Assembly: GCF_044704955.1 (NCBI RefSeq)
Contig: NC_091985.1
Location: forward strand, 42,036,001-42,100,000
Direction of reading: 5' to 3'
Length of the DNA stretch: 64,000 nt
Source of the DNA: Pristiophorus japonicus
Taxonomy: Eukaryota
Shown: positions 51,433-64,000 of the stretch, one piece after another
Numbering within the stretch: position 1 is the stretch's first letter
Layout: the number at the start of each line of letters is the position of its first letter
Notes under the pieces: model-generated
Told to the model about the DNA's origin: nothing
What the model saw: only the letters and a program-made list of their open reading frames with translations
The model's database searches: none
Made by a program: the position numbers and the translations under genes

Positions 51433-53380
51433 AGACTGTGGTTTTAAAAAGGGGGGAAATGTGTTGTGTTCATACTCTATTTATTTGTTGCAGTTCACTG
51501 GACGAGTATTAGGACCCTGCGGGAGCTATTCACAGTTGCTGTACTCGTGCTGGTTCATGCCGGTTTGGGGGACACCATTTTGGGTTGTATCAAAGCACAG
51601 TTAAGTTAAGTTACATTTCTCCTGGCTCATTTTGTCAGTTATTTATGTGTATACAACAGCCTTCTTGTCCCTATCTCCTCCAGCAGCTGATGCTGCTCTA
51701 CTGGGCGTCATGCCCTCCTCCCATTCCTCGTCCACACCAAAGGGGACCCCTGGCAAGATGCCCATGACCAAGCATTCCCTTTCTCCTGGTGACTCCTGTA
51801 AGGTGTCCAATAAGGTGGAGTAGCACAACGCTTACTCTTTTTAGGTGAAAACCTCAGAGAATTTCTGAAATAAATGTTGCTTGAGTGTTGGTGCAATCTT
51901 GACAAAGCATCTCAGAACATCTCCCGTTGAGTTTTAGAGGTCCTCTTCATAGCTCCAGCAGCAATGACCATGGAATGGTGAGTATCCCTTTAAGAAGCGC
52001 TTCAAATCAAAATCAACGCCGTGTTTACTCCCAAACAGCTGGTCGCTGTCAGGAGAGGGCATTACTTTAAGCGCTAGCCACCAAAATGCCATGCTGCCTC
52101 TTTAATGAGCTCTAACTGGCATTTTAAGTGACGATCAGCTGTTTAACAAACGGCTGTTCGTAGTGCTGAATTTAACTCCTTTACCAAGATGGTGTCTTGT
52201 GCTAAACGTAGGCTAAACTGGTGTTTCAGCTTAAGACTCTATCTTGGCCACCTCTTTAGCGCCTAAAGTATTCAGCGAAAATCGCCCCCTCCGCCCCCCC
52301 ATGCATTTTACTGCAGGCAAAGACAAGTAGTGTAACATGGGTGACCGTCTGGCAGGGTAGCATGGAGTAGGACTGCTGCAAATAATGGATAGAAACAAAA
52401 GTTAATTCACTGTTACAGGCAGTTTATTCCCACACAGGGGTAATTTTGTCTTTGGATGATAGTGTAAAACGTGCGATATCGATTCAGCCGCCCGTTATAC
52501 ATCTCTCCCCATTTTCATTTCCATGGACTTCAATTTGTCCCTGTGACAAATGCAATCTTCTGTCCATAGCATTTTTGTTTATTGCTTTGCTTTTTTCATA
52601 TTGGGGCTGGAAGTAGATTCACTGAAAAGCATAATCCAGTCTGTTTGATAGACAACAGCTCAGGAACAGTACAGAACGCTGTCTGCAGCTTCTCTTTGTT
52701 GCCTTCGGATGTGTCAGGAGGGTGGAGTTTGTGTCGCTGTGGTGACCTCAGTGGGATTCAAAGCTTTCTAGACTTGAAAGGACATCATGTACTATTTTTA
52801 TTTGTTTATATAGGGCACGTCCTTGGTTTCGCTCAGGGTCGCCCTACGAATATCTGCAGGAATGTACTTTTTATTTTCAATATCTTTCTGCTGTTCCCAG
52901 TTTACCTTTGGTGTCAGGTTCTCACTCTGATCTGATAAATGCCTGATAAAAACACAGCAAGGGTTCTACTGTCATACTAAGGTTTGAATTTTAATCCTGA
53001 TTGATTCTGACTTCAAAGGCCAAGTTGTTAAATTTGTTTATGCTAACTATCTAGTGGAAGAATTATTTGAAACCATCTTATATACATATACAAACAACGC
53101 TGATCCGTAAAGTTAGAAGATGGGACAAAAATGCCTCTCAACAAGGCATCTGAATGCTTTTGTCACCAGGTGTTTGTGTCACCAGGAAAGACTGCTGTTC
53201 GCAACTTATTCTGATTCCAGATGGCTCAGTGATGAAAGCTGTCCTGGAGACAACTGAAATGTTCCATAGTCTCAGCTGGAGAGCAAGAACTAACATCAGC
53301 TGAATGCTTCTGTCAGGGCAGACAATTTGATAACATATTTTCAGGCAACAGAATGTAAAGATATTTGTAAAACACCAATA

Positions 53381-53822
53381 TCATCCTCATCATCATAGGC
53401 AGTCCCTCGAAATCGAGGAGGACTTGCTTCCACTCCCAAAGTGAGTTCTTTGATGGCTGATACGAGCAGACCCTGTTACAGGTGGGACAGACATTCGTCG
53501 GGGGAAGGGGTCGGTGGGGCTGGTTTGCCACATGGGGCTCCTTCCGCTGCCTGCGCCTGGCCTCTTCATGCTCCTTGCATCGAGCCTCAAAGAGCTCAAC
53601 GCCCTCCCGGATGCACTTTCTCCACCTCGGGCGGTCTGCGGCCAGGGTCTCCCAGGTGTCAGTGGTGATGTCCCACTTTACCAGGGAGGCTTTGAGGGTG
53701 TCCTTATAATGTTTCCACTGTCCTCCTTTGGCTCGTTTACCATGAAGGAGCTCCACATAAAGCATTTGCTGGGAGTCTCATATCTGGCATGCGTACTATG
53801 TGACCTGCCCAGCGAAGCTGAC
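53381..53822 (-). mobile_element. RTE 3' fragment
   Basis: (CAT)n tail; ORF 53313-53765 matches an RTE C-terminus. Confidence 0.88.
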
Positions 53823-53869
53823 CGACCAATAGCCAAGACAGCAAAATTGCATTTATATAAATTTACGTA

Positions 53870-54185
53870 TCAAAAAGTTATGAAGGGGCTTGATAGGGTA
53901 GACATATAGAAATGTTTCCGCTTGTGGGGGAATGCAAAACTAGGGGTCACAAATGTAAGAAAGTCACTAATAAATCCAATAAGGACTTCAGAAGAAACTT
54001 CTTTGCCCAGAGAATGTGGATATTGCTACCACAGGGAGTAGTTGAGGCGAATAGAATAGATGCATTTAAGGGGAAATTAGATAAGTACATGAGGGAGAAA
54101 GAAATACAAGAATATGCTGACGTGAAGCATAAACACCGACATAGACCAATTGGGCCAAATGGCCTGTTTCCGTGCTGTAAATTGT
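53870..54185 (+). mobile_element. Old CR1 3' fragment
   Basis: MFPLVGECKTRGH...FRRNFF...AFKGKLDKYM. Confidence 0.8.
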
Positions 54186-54791
54186 GTAATTCCTCTGTTC
54201 ACTATTTTAACAGAGGTAATAACACATTTAAAATAGATAAATTAACCCCTCTACTAAAATATCATACAGGGGAATTTGATGTGTTTGACTGCTAATATCA
54301 TATAGCATCATTCCCTCATTGCATCAATAATTTATACTGAACCAATGTAAGCTGATCTTTGGAGGAGATATTAAACACAGGTCCGATTTCACTGTTCCAG
54401 TGTTTCTTGTTCATTAAAGATCCCATGGGATTATTTGAAAAACAGCTGGGCATTCTCCTGGTGTCCTGGCAAACACTCCTCCTTAAACCAAGCGTTCGTG
54501 TGTGGTCATTCATTTCATTAATGTTTGATTGTTATATTTTCAACATAACAATAGTCACTGCACTTCAAAGTTATTCATTCTATGTACATTTGATATGTTT
54601 GAGGGTCATGATAAGGTACCATATAAATGCAAGTTTTATTTTGACAAGATTAAATGGAGCACCATGAGTGGCAGAAATGCCATAATTCTAGAATGTATTG
54701 AACACAACCTATGTATAAATTATATTGTCCCTTACAGAAAATGCAGATTAAATTTAAATGAATAGGCTGCATGGGTTCTAAATGTATTATT

Positions 54792-55882
54792 GGCCCAGTT
54801 TGCGGTCAACGGCGAAGTGATGGTGCTCGCCGCTGACCTCAAAGAAAGCTGCCCACAAAGTGATCTCTGTGAGGTGAATTTCAGCTCTCCTGACCTTTGT
54901 TTGAATCTGGCGCCAAATCAAGCGAATTTCCAGCGACAGCGATGTCATCAAGCAGGATGAGAAGCCAATCACATTGAAGAATTCTCACAGACAGCACGCC
55001 AGGATGTAAAATGTACAGATTCTAATATACTTTTTATAAATTTTACAGAGAACAGAATAAAGATTGGGACATACACATATGATTAAGGTTGAAACTGAAA
55101 TAGAAACAAACATTAAAAAAAGTTATATTATAAACCATGTAACTCTCAATAATATTAATGGAAAAATTTGACATTCCAAAAATATAAAATTAGTTTTTCA
55201 GGGGAAAAACATTTGTTCAGCAGTCAATACATTGTTGAAAACCCAGTTACACCTCTTTCTACGAGGCTTAACTTTTTCTCGGGGTTGGGCGGGGGAGTCA
55301 TCAGCGATCTTGGTAGTCTGTCGTATCCAACAAAGACGTTGATGTGCTAATCATCATGATGGTTAGCACAAACCTGTGCATAGATGCTTTTAAAGTGGGA
55401 AGGCCGGTGCACAGGGGCGGTCCCACTCTCTCCTCCGCAGAAGCCAGGTTTCAGTGGCCCAAAATTTGGTACAACTGAAGACTTCGTTGGCTGCAGTGGA
55501 TGGCCATGACGTCTTTCATGCTCTGCCATGCCCTATACACTCCACAGTGCATTGCTGTTCCACCTTCATGGCCGCTGGATCAAACTTGATTTCCTCCGCC
55601 CAATCCACCGCAACAGACTTCACATCCTGGGGTGAGCAGGTCCCGAAAATCACCGAGGGATAATACCCATCGGAGCGATATTCCAACATAATAGGGGAAG
55701 TCTTCGTCCTTCAGTGTGTTTTGAATTGATTGCCGGCTGTGGGAAGTTCCATAGTGCAAAATGTGGCAGAGCAGGGAATGACTGACCGCAACTTCAGGAT
55801 TTCCGTATTTATCTACTAAATCCTGAAGTTGCTGTCAATTTCAGAGGAGTTTTGCCATCATCTCCACCGCAAATTCCGGGCC
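54792..55882. mobile_element. Non-autonomous TIR element
   Basis: Imperfect TIRs GGCCCAGTTTGCGGT / ACCGCAAATTCCGGGCC. Confidence 0.45.
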
Positions 55883-56369
55883 AATATGTTTATCCCTCTA
55901 AATATTGCAAGTGAAAACCGTTCTCCAAGAGGTGTAGCATAGCAATTGCTTGATCTGTTTAATCAAAAGATCCCATTGGAAATAATTTCTGATGCAATTT
56001 TGTCCAAGGTGGGGAAAGGGACAATGTAATTACATGTGGAGGTTCCCTGATCTCTTTATTGTATTGTTTTGGGTGGAATTCACTTCAATCAAAAAGGGCT
56101 GGATTCATTGGGCCTAACAGCTGTATGTATTCTTATTAACAAAAATGTTTTTTTAAATGTTACTGCTTTCCAAGAGACAGTATTGTAACAAAACAACAGT
56201 TATCGGCAAAGCTACATTAAGTACAGTACTTAAACAACCTGTTACTAGGGCAACGCTTGTTAAGAAAAGAACCCTCACCATAATCCACTTTATTAGAAAT
56301 CTGTGGCAGCTAAGATAAGAGGTTTCTAGTAATACTGATATACTTGCATTTATAAAATGCCGTATCAGT

Positions 56370-56910
56370 TTGAAGAGCACTTTAGACTTTGAATTATTTT
56401 CTGAAGTGCAGCAATTGTTATTATGTGGGTGGGTAAATATGGCATGAATTCTGCATCTGGATCATCCTACACACAGCCATGAGATGGTGGCCCAATTAAT
56501 CTTTTTTTATGTACTTGTTGAGGGAGGAATGTTGGCAAGGACACAGAAAGAACTCCTTTGATTAATGCCACCGTATTATTAAGGTCCACCTGAAACCCAC
56601 AAGGGGATTCTGGTTTAATGCTTCAACATCATAATCAACATCACTAAAACAGATTATCTGGTCATTATCACATTGCTGTTTGTGGAGCTTGCTGTGCGCA
56701 AATTGGCTGTTGTGTTTCCTACATTATAACAGTGACTACACTCCAAAAGAACGTCATTGGCTGTAAAGTGCTTTGGGACGCCCTGAGGTCGTGAAAGGCG
56801 CTATAGAAATGCAAGTCTTTCTTTTTCTTTTATGTGTCGGAAGACACTGCTTTCAATGTAATTTGCCCTCAGTCCCTCACTGGAATGTCAACCTAGATAG
56901 CGAGCTTTAA
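56370..56910. mobile_element. Nested DeuSINEs (old minus copy with a plus-strand 3' half inserted at ~56630-56825)
   Basis: Deu core CATTGCTGTTTGTGGAGCTTGCTGTGCGCAAATTGGCTG and its tail on the plus strand, inside a degenerate minus copy. Confidence 0.65.
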
Positions 56911-57215
56911 AGCTGATATACTGCTCACTCATAACATTCTAATCCACAAAGGAGAGTAAGTGAAGCCAACACACAAAGGCCTAAAAATTTGATCACGCCT
57001 GATAACGGAGGAGGTGGGATGCGCGCTGTACGAGCTTGTTCCAATGGGCGCAGGGACCACGCGGAATTTGTGCTAATCAGCCTGGGTCAGGCATGTAGCC
57101 AGCGCTACCCAAGTGCTGCTTATTGGCTGTGTGCCTACTTTTGGGGGTGGGGGGCGGGGGGGGGGGGGAGTTGTGAAATCAGGCTCAACTGATGTCAATT
57201 AAAGGCAGCCAGCAC

Positions 57216-58653
57216 ATGTAACACCCCTATTTAAAAAAGGAGGCAGACAAAAAGCAGGAAACTATACACCAGTTAGCCTAACATCTGTTGTTGGTGAAAT
57301 GCTAGAGTCCATTATTAAGGAAGTAGTAACGGGACATTTGGAAAAGCATAATTCAATCAAACAGAGTCAGCATGGTTTTATGAAAGGGAAATCATGTTTG
57401 ACAAATTTGCTGGAGTTCTTTAAGGATGTAACAAGCAGGTTGGATAAGGGGGAACCAGTGGATGTGGTGTATTTGGATTTCCAGAAGGCATTCGATAAGG
57501 TGCCATATAAAAGGTTACTGCACAAGATAAAAGTTCACAGGGTTGGGGGTAATATATTAGCATGGATAGAGGATTGGCTAACTAACAGAAAACAAAGAAT
57601 TGGGATAAATGGGTCATTTTCCGGTTGGCAAACAGTAACTAGTGGGATGCTGCAGGGATCGGTGCTGGGGCCTCAACTATTTACAATCTATATTAATGAC
57701 TTGGATGAAGGGACCGAATGTAATGTAGCCAAGTTTGCTGGGAAAGCAATTGTGATGAGGACACAAAAAATCTGCAAGTGATATAGTAAGGCTAAGTGAG
57801 TGGAAAAAATTTGGCAGATGGAGTATAATGTGGGAAAATGTGAGGTTATCCACTTTGACAGAAATAATAGAAAAGCAAATTATAATTTAAATGGAGAAAA
57901 ATTGCAAAGTGCTGCAGTACAGAGAGACCTGGGGGTCCTTGTGCATGAAACACAAAAAGTTAGTATGCAGGTACAGCAAGTAATCAGGAAGGCAAATGGA
58001 ATGTTGTCCTTTATTGCAAGGGGGAAGAGTATAAAAGCAGAGAAGTTCTGCTACAACTGTACAGGGTATTGGTGAGGCCACACCTGGAGTACTGTGTACA
58101 GTTTTGGTCTCCGTATTTAAGGAAGGATATACTTGCATTGGAGGCTGTTCAGAGAAAGTTCACTAGGTTGATTCCGGAGATCAGGGGGTTGACTTATGAA
58201 GACAGATTGAGTAGGTTGGGCCTATGCTCACTGGAGTTCAGAAGAATGAGAGGTGATTTTATCGAAACATGTAAGATAATGAGGGGGCTCGACAAGGTGG
58301 ATGCAGAGAGGATATTTCCCCTCATTGGGGAAACTAAAACTGAGGGACATAGTCTGAGAATAAGGGGCCGCCCATTTAAAACGGAGATGAGGAGGAATTT
58401 CTTCTCTCTGAGGGTCTATGAAATCTATGGAATTCTTTGTCCCAGAGAGCTGTGGAGGCTGGGTCATTGAATATATTTAAAGCGGAGATAGACAGATTTT
58501 TGTGCGATAGGAAATAAAGGGTTATGGAGAGCAGGCAGGGAAGTGGAGCTGAGTCCATGATCAGATCAGCCATGATCTTGTTGAATGGCAGAGCAGGCTC
58601 GAGGAGCCGGGTGGCCTACTCCTGCTCCTATTTATTTTATTCTTATGTTCTTA
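57216..58653 (+). mobile_element. CR1 LINE, 5'-truncated
   Basis: RT motifs in ORFs 57299-57781 and 58069-58470; (TTCTTATG)n tail. Confidence 0.92.
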
Positions 58654-59658
58654 CTAAAGGGGAGGTGCACTGTGGCTGCAGTTGTCAGGAAAGATTCAGA
58701 AAGATGGAAAATGGCTATCAGGTGGTCCAGTGAGGGTACCCAGAAACTCTGATGCAGTATTAGAGGCCCTGGTCTCAGCGGTGTGCAAGAGATCCTGTTC
58801 CCCCCACCAAGGCGCAGAAAGCCCTCCAGGCAACACCTCCACTGACAGTAGGAAGATGTCGCTGAAAAGGTCAATGTGAGGAGCTTAGCTCTCAGGACAT
58901 GGCTGCAATGCCAATAGAATATTAATGACCTCACCAGAGTTTTCAAGGAAAGAATACTACTTCTCACCTCAATTACTCACTCCTCCCACCTGCAGCCCCA
59001 CTACTCACAATAAGCCTTCACCTCCCCACTTCTCTTTGCTATCTTACAAGCACTTCACTACATTTCCTTTTACTCCTACTCTAACTACTTTAGCAATTCT
59101 CATTTTCCCACGGCTCACATCTTTCACACAACTTCTGCACTATTCCACCATGATGAGCACATTCTCAAAACAATCGACAAGGCCAACACTCCCTTCTTTC
59201 TTGCAGAAGTTGCACACAACATGAGGCAGAAGACGGCGAAGGGAAAAGCCAGAACCCCCTGCACACCCTGTCCCCACTTGAGGATGACGTGCTGGACATT
59301 ACGGGCAGGAGGCGAGTCATGGACACACGTGACATGACAAACCACAGTTGCTTTCAGAAGCCACTCATCTCTCTCTGCTCTCCTTTCACCCTTGTTGTTC
59401 TCTTTAATTTTAGGTGCTGAAAATGTCAAGGCCACTGTGCCAGTGGAAGAAGAGGAGGGGGGCCTGGTAATCAATGTTGACAGAGGCTTCCAGAGCATCA
59501 CATCACTCCTGCACTCTGTTCTTGGGCAGAGCCATAAAAGTGCCCAGAAGAGTGGCACCAGTTCCATGGGAGGGGCACCTGATGTTCTCCCTCAGAACGA
59601 CAGCATATCTGTAACCCCGCCACCCATTCCACCAGTGTCCTTTTCAGTTCCACTTACT

Positions 59659-61408
59659 GGGCCCAAGTTTCCACATGATTCGCGCCTGATTTTTAGGAGC
59701 AACTGGTGGAGAACGGACTATTTTAGAAATTGCAATTCTCCACATTTTTTTTTCTGCAGTTCTAGTCAGGTAGAACAGTTCTAGTTTAGAACAGAATTTT
59801 TTCTTCAAAAGGGGGCGTGTCCGGCCACTGACGCCTAATTTGAAAGTTTCCACAGTGAAAATGTACTCCAAACTAAAGTAGAATGGAGCCAGTGAAGATT
59901 TTTGTAGAACTGAAAAAACCTGTTCTACACATTAAAAAATCAGGCGCAGGTTACAAATTAGGCGTCCAGAACGAGGTGGGGGGGGAAGGGAACTCATTAA
60001 ATTCGACAATAAATCCTTATTTATACTTCTACAAATATTATACAAATAAATCCAACCTGAATAAACATTTATAAGCCAAGAAAAGATTAAATAAACCATC
60101 TTCCTACCTGTGTGAAAGTGCTTCAGCCAGGGAGAATTCTGCAGCCGTNNNNNNNNNNNNNNNNNNNNNNNNNNNNNNNNNNNNNNNNNNNNNNNNNNNN
60201 NNNNNNNNNNNNNNNNNNNNNNNNNNNNNNNNNNNNNNNNNNNNNNNNNNNNNNNNNNNNNNNNNNNNNNNNNNNNNNNGAGAAAGNNNNNNNNNNNNNN
60301 NNNNNNNNNNNNNNNNNNNNNNNNNNNNNNNNNNNNNNNNNNNNNNNNNNNNNNNNNNNNNNNNNNNNNNNNNNNNNNNNNNNNNNNNNNNNNNNNNNNN
60401 NNNNNNNNNNNNNNNNNNNNNNNNNNNNNNNNNNNNNNNNNNNNNNNNNNNNNNNNNNNNNNNNNNNNNNNNNNNNNNNNNNNNNNNNNNNNNNNNNNNN
60501 NNNNNNNNNNNNNNNNNNNNNNNNNNNNNNNNNGAGAGAACCGGGGGGGGGTCGGGGAACAGGAGCACGGGTCGGGTCAATCGGGGGGGGGGGGGGAGTG
60601 GGTCTCGGGTCGGGTCGGGTCGGGGGTGGGGGAGGGAGCGGGTGTCGGGTCTCGGGTAGGGGAGCGGGTGTCCGGGCGGGGAGCGGGTCTCGGGTCTCGG
60701 GTCGGGTCGGGGCGGGGAGCGGGTCTCGGGTCTCGGGTCGGGGCGGGCGGGGGAACGGGTGTCGGGTCGGGGAGCGGGGGTCGGGGGAGCGGGTGTCGGG
60801 GCGGGGGGAGCGGGTGTCGGGTGTCGGGTCTCGGGTCGGGGGGGGGGGAGCGTGTGTCGAGTGTCGGGTCGGGGGGGGGGAGCGGGTGTCGGGGGTCGAG
60901 GCGGGGGGGGGAGGGAGCGGGTGTCGGGTCTCGGGTCGGGGCGGGGGGGGTGTAGCGGGTGTCGGGGCGGGGGGGGTGGAGCGGGTGTCGGGTCGGAGCG
61001 GGTGTCGGGTCGGGTCTGGTCGGCGGGGGGGTGGGGGAGCGAGTGTCGGGTCTGCTCGGGGGGGAGCAGGAGCTGGCCGTGGGAGGAGCCTCATTCACGC
61101 AGCCCCAGTGAGGCCATTGGGCCAGGGCTAGGGGCTGCGTGCTTCGGGCCCCTCCCACACAGTTCGGCGCCTGGAGCTACTGCACTTGCGTGCCGACTGT
61201 AGCGCGCATGTGCAGAGGTCCCGGCACTGTTTTCAGCGCCGGGACCTGGCTCCGCCCCCCCATAGCTCGTGCTGGCTGTGCCGAGGGCCACAGGACCTGT
61301 AAGTAGGTGGAGAATACCGAGGATTTTTTTAGGCGCCGTTTTAGGCGCGAAAAACGGGCGCCCAGCTCGGAGGGGCGCCCGTTTTTTTTCTTGTGGAAAC
61401 TTGGGCCC
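59659..61408. mobile_element. Non-autonomous Harbinger-type element (relative of 35170-36703, opposite orientation) with a G-rich core and an assembly gap
   Basis: Perfect 17-bp TIRs GGGCCCAAGTTTCCACA / TGTGGAAACTTGGGCCC; 3-bp TSD ACT. Confidence 0.82.
60149..60533. other. N runs (gap or masked sequence)
   Basis: Two N runs separated by the short island GAGAAAG. Confidence 0.98.
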
Positions 61409-61929
61409 ACTAAGTGGGCCAAAGTGGCCCAGCCCATGCTGAAATGCTACAGTCTGTAGCCAGGAGCCAGAGCTCAAGGCCCATAGCTGTCCAAGGTCAC
61501 TCAACAATGGAAACTCAGTAGCCTTTCACCTCCCAAGCTGTTGGCACTGGAGAAACACTCAGATAGAAAAATTGGCACAGAAGACAGGCAACAAGGGTTT
61601 GCACATGGTGATTCTTAATTTAGCAATTAACTGTTACACAAATATGAATTGATTTGCTGGAGTTTTATGTTCTCGATTTGGTCTTGGTGTTAATATTTGT
61701 AGTCAATTGAGGGCAATACCCAAGATGTTGGACTGCAGGAAGGCAATCCGATGGCGGTTGTGAGGACAGCAGTTATAAGGATGGCGGTGCTGTTGGTGTA
61801 TTAAGATAAGGAGGTGGTCCAGGTGCCTGAGAGTTCTGGAAGGGAGGGGCACTGCTGGCCAATGTTGCTCCTGTTTCTCCTCCTCCTTTACTTCTTGCTG
61901 TCCAGGTGGTGGTGTATCACTGGGACAAA

Positions 61930-62620
61930 GTTTGTGTCGCAAAGTTATGGATCATGAAGCAAATAACCACACATCAGGATACTTGCTCAGGGGTGCACTG
62001 CACAGCTCCTTTCGAATGGCCGGAAGAGATGTTGATTTAAGTGTGCCAATGGTCTGCTAAACATTATTTCTATTGGCGGCTGTTTCTCATTTTAGGCATG
62101 CTCCAGGTTCCTGACAGGAGTTACGTACCATGTCCGCAGGGGATATCCCTAATTAGGCAGCCTGTGACCTGATGGCCTGGTTGGACTAAAAGCAGCACAG
62201 ATAGCTGGCACAGGATGAATGAATCATGACTGCTGCCAGGAAACCAGGCATAGATGTGCATGATGGGCTGCCTGTGGTCACAAAGCAACTAGACATTCTT
62301 GGAGTGGTATCCTTCTCTAATGACAAAGATGCCAGGCTCAGGCAATGTGGGAGCACCCTATGTTACCTTGGACCATGGAGATGTGTGCAATGCTGATGAA
62401 GCCTAGTGCCCTCTTGTCCTATTTTGCTCTGTCGATGGGGAAAGTGGTGCATGTGTTCCTCTTGGCGTAGAGAGCCTTGGTCAACTCCCTGATAGAGTGC
62501 TGCACAGCAAACTGTGATATATCATAGATATCACCTGCAAACAGTCTGCAACGACCCGTGCTGCAAGGTTTACGGGCCACGGTGACCTTGACAGCCACAG
62601 GCAATGCTGTCCATGCCCAT
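61930..62620 (-). pseudogene. Harbinger (HARBI1-type DDE) transposase remnant
   Basis: Minus-strand pieces ALPVAVKVTVA, AGDIYDISQFAVQHSIRELTKALY, NV*LLCDHRQPIMHIYAWFPGSSHDSFIL and GAVQCTPEQVS*CVVICFMIHN match DDE_Tnp_4 motifs. Stops and frameshifts are present. Confidence 0.8.
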
Positions 62621-62832
62621 TCCCATGGTTTGGGGCTCCAGTTGTGGCTACAGCAGCTGACACAGCTCAGTGAAATTTTATTTAATTATACCCTGTACTG
62701 CGTTGTTTAGAGGTATGTAAAAAACATCCAACTTCAATTTATTTTAGTTACTTCATCCTTTTGTAAAATAAATGTTTTTTTTACTTATCAGATTGTGCAT
62801 GGATTTACCAATTTGAATCTCAGTAATTGTAC

Positions 62833-62883
62833 CTTGGTCTTCAATGTTCAGATTCTTCAATAGCCACTGGACAATATCTGCAC
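62833..62883 (-). CDS. RGS7: Internal coding exon (51 nt, phase 1-1) of an R7-family regulator of G-protein signalling, DEP domain. RGS7 is the tentative call; RGS6 is not excluded
   Basis: Polypyrimidine tract and TTTGCAG|GT GCA GAT ATT GTC CAG TGG CTA TTG AAG AAT CTG AAC ATT GAA GAC CAA G|GTACA, giving (G)ADIVQWLLKNLNIEDQ. Compare mammalian RGS7 GSDIVQWLIKNLTIEDP and RGS6 GSDIVQWLMKNLSIEDP, recalled from memory. Confidence 0.8.
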
Positions 62884-63125
62884 CTGCAAAAAGACCAGAA
62901 AAAAATGCTTGAATTAATATTAACCAATTTATAAATACTACTGGACCTCGCATGTCATTGATCACATTAAGCCCTAGGATACGCAGCCTTATAGTGCCAG
63001 AAGCGTTATACCATGTAACTTGAGCTGGATTTTCGCCAACTTTGCGACCGGGTTTTCGCCGGGATTTGACTCACTGTGGCGAAAACCTGGTCGGCGGGAT
63101 CCTCAGGCACCTCTTTGAGGTGGCG

Positions 63126-64000
63126 CTTCTATAGATATGTGAAGAGAACGAGATTAGTGAAGGCAAACGTCGGTCCCTTGCAGTCAAAATCAGGTGAATT
63201 TATAATGAGGAACAGAGAAATGGCAGACAAATTGAACAAATACTTTGGTTCTGTCTCCATGAAGGAACACACGAATAACCTTCCAGAAATACTAGGAGAC
63301 AAAGGATCTAGTGAGAAGGGAGAACTGAAGGAAATCCTTATTAGTCAGGAAATTGTGTTAGGGAAATTGATGGGATTGAAGGCCGATAAATTCCCAGGGC
63401 CTCATAGTCTGCATCCCAGAGTACTTAAGGAAGTGGCCCTAGAAATAGTGGATGCATTGGTGATCATTTTCCAACAGTCTATCGACTCTGGATCAGGTCC
63501 TATGGACTGGAGGGTAGCTAATGTAACACCACTTTTTAAAAAATGAGGGAGAGAGAAAACGGGGAATTATAGACCGATTAGCCTGACATCGGTAATGGGG
63601 AAAATGTTGGAATCAATTATTAAAGATGAAATAGCAGCGCATTTGGAAAGCAGTGACAGGATCGGTCGAAGTCAGCGTGGATTTATGAAAGGGAAATCAC
63701 GCTTGACAAATCTTCTAGAATCTTTTGAGGATGTAACTAGTAGAGTGGAAAAGGGAGAACCAGTGGATGTAGTGTATTTGGACTTTCAAAAAGCTTTTGA
63801 TAAGGTCTCACACAAGAGATTGTGGTGCAAAAGTAAAGCACATGGTATTGGGGGTAATGTACTGACATGGATAGAGAACTGGTTGGCAGTCAGGAAGCAG
63901 AGAGTCGGGATAAACGGCTCCTTTTCAGATTGGCAGGCAGTGACTAGTGGGTGCCGCAGGGCTCAGTGCTGGGACCCCAGCTATTTACAATATACATCAA
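63126..64000 (+). mobile_element. CR1 LINE (continues beyond the window)
   Basis: FYRYVKR...NVGPL...PGP..LHPRVLKE...DFQKAFDK. Confidence 0.92.

Larger units (their letters stand above)
46584..51658 (+). mobile_element. Gypsy LTR retrotransposon (decayed) with two RTE insertions
   Basis: LTRs at 46584-46779 and 51462-51658; TSD ACCTT/GCCTT; PBS TGGCGACGAGGAT (complementary to the tRNA-Ser(GCT) 3' end); PPT AAAAAGGGGGGAA. Twin CCHC knuckles, protease IDLGA, RT (LLDDII), RNase H (TDHQAL) and integrase (TDNGPQF). Confidence 0.92.

Noticed and set aside
60104-61202. Long Gly/Pro/Arg-rich ORFs (also 35733-36174)
   Set aside because: Artefacts of low-complexity repeats and N runs.
62753-62965. 70-aa ORF as a complete protein
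   Set aside because: Only the 51-nt AG/GT-bounded portion matches RGS; the rest is intron.

Overview
This is vertebrate genomic DNA. The repeat repertoire (CR1 LINEs, DeuSINE/SacSINE1-type SINEs, Mag-like Gypsy elements, RTE, Harbinger) suggests a cartilaginous fish, which is an inference. The only host-gene piece I recognise is a 51-nt minus-strand exon (62833-62883) encoding part of the DEP domain of an R7-family RGS protein (RGS7/RGS6). I did not find the next exon, so the rest of the window is probably one large intron. It is filled with nested, mostly decayed transposons: more than 10 CR1 copies, three Gypsy elements with paired LTRs and TSDs, an ERV-like solo LTR, RTE fragments, Harbinger derivatives/MITEs and SINEs. 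The most unusual structure is at 125-2710. A small LTR-like element is split at one 15-bp site (GCAACAGCTCTACAA) by four head-to-tail insertions, each delimited by a copy of that site. Two are 5'-truncated Tx1-clade LINEs and two are a tRNA-Phe-headed SINE carrying the Tx1 3' UTR. This looks like a sequence-specific LINE/SINE pair that parasitises another retroelement. All alignments were done by eye, so boundaries are approximate unless a TSD or TIR is quoted.
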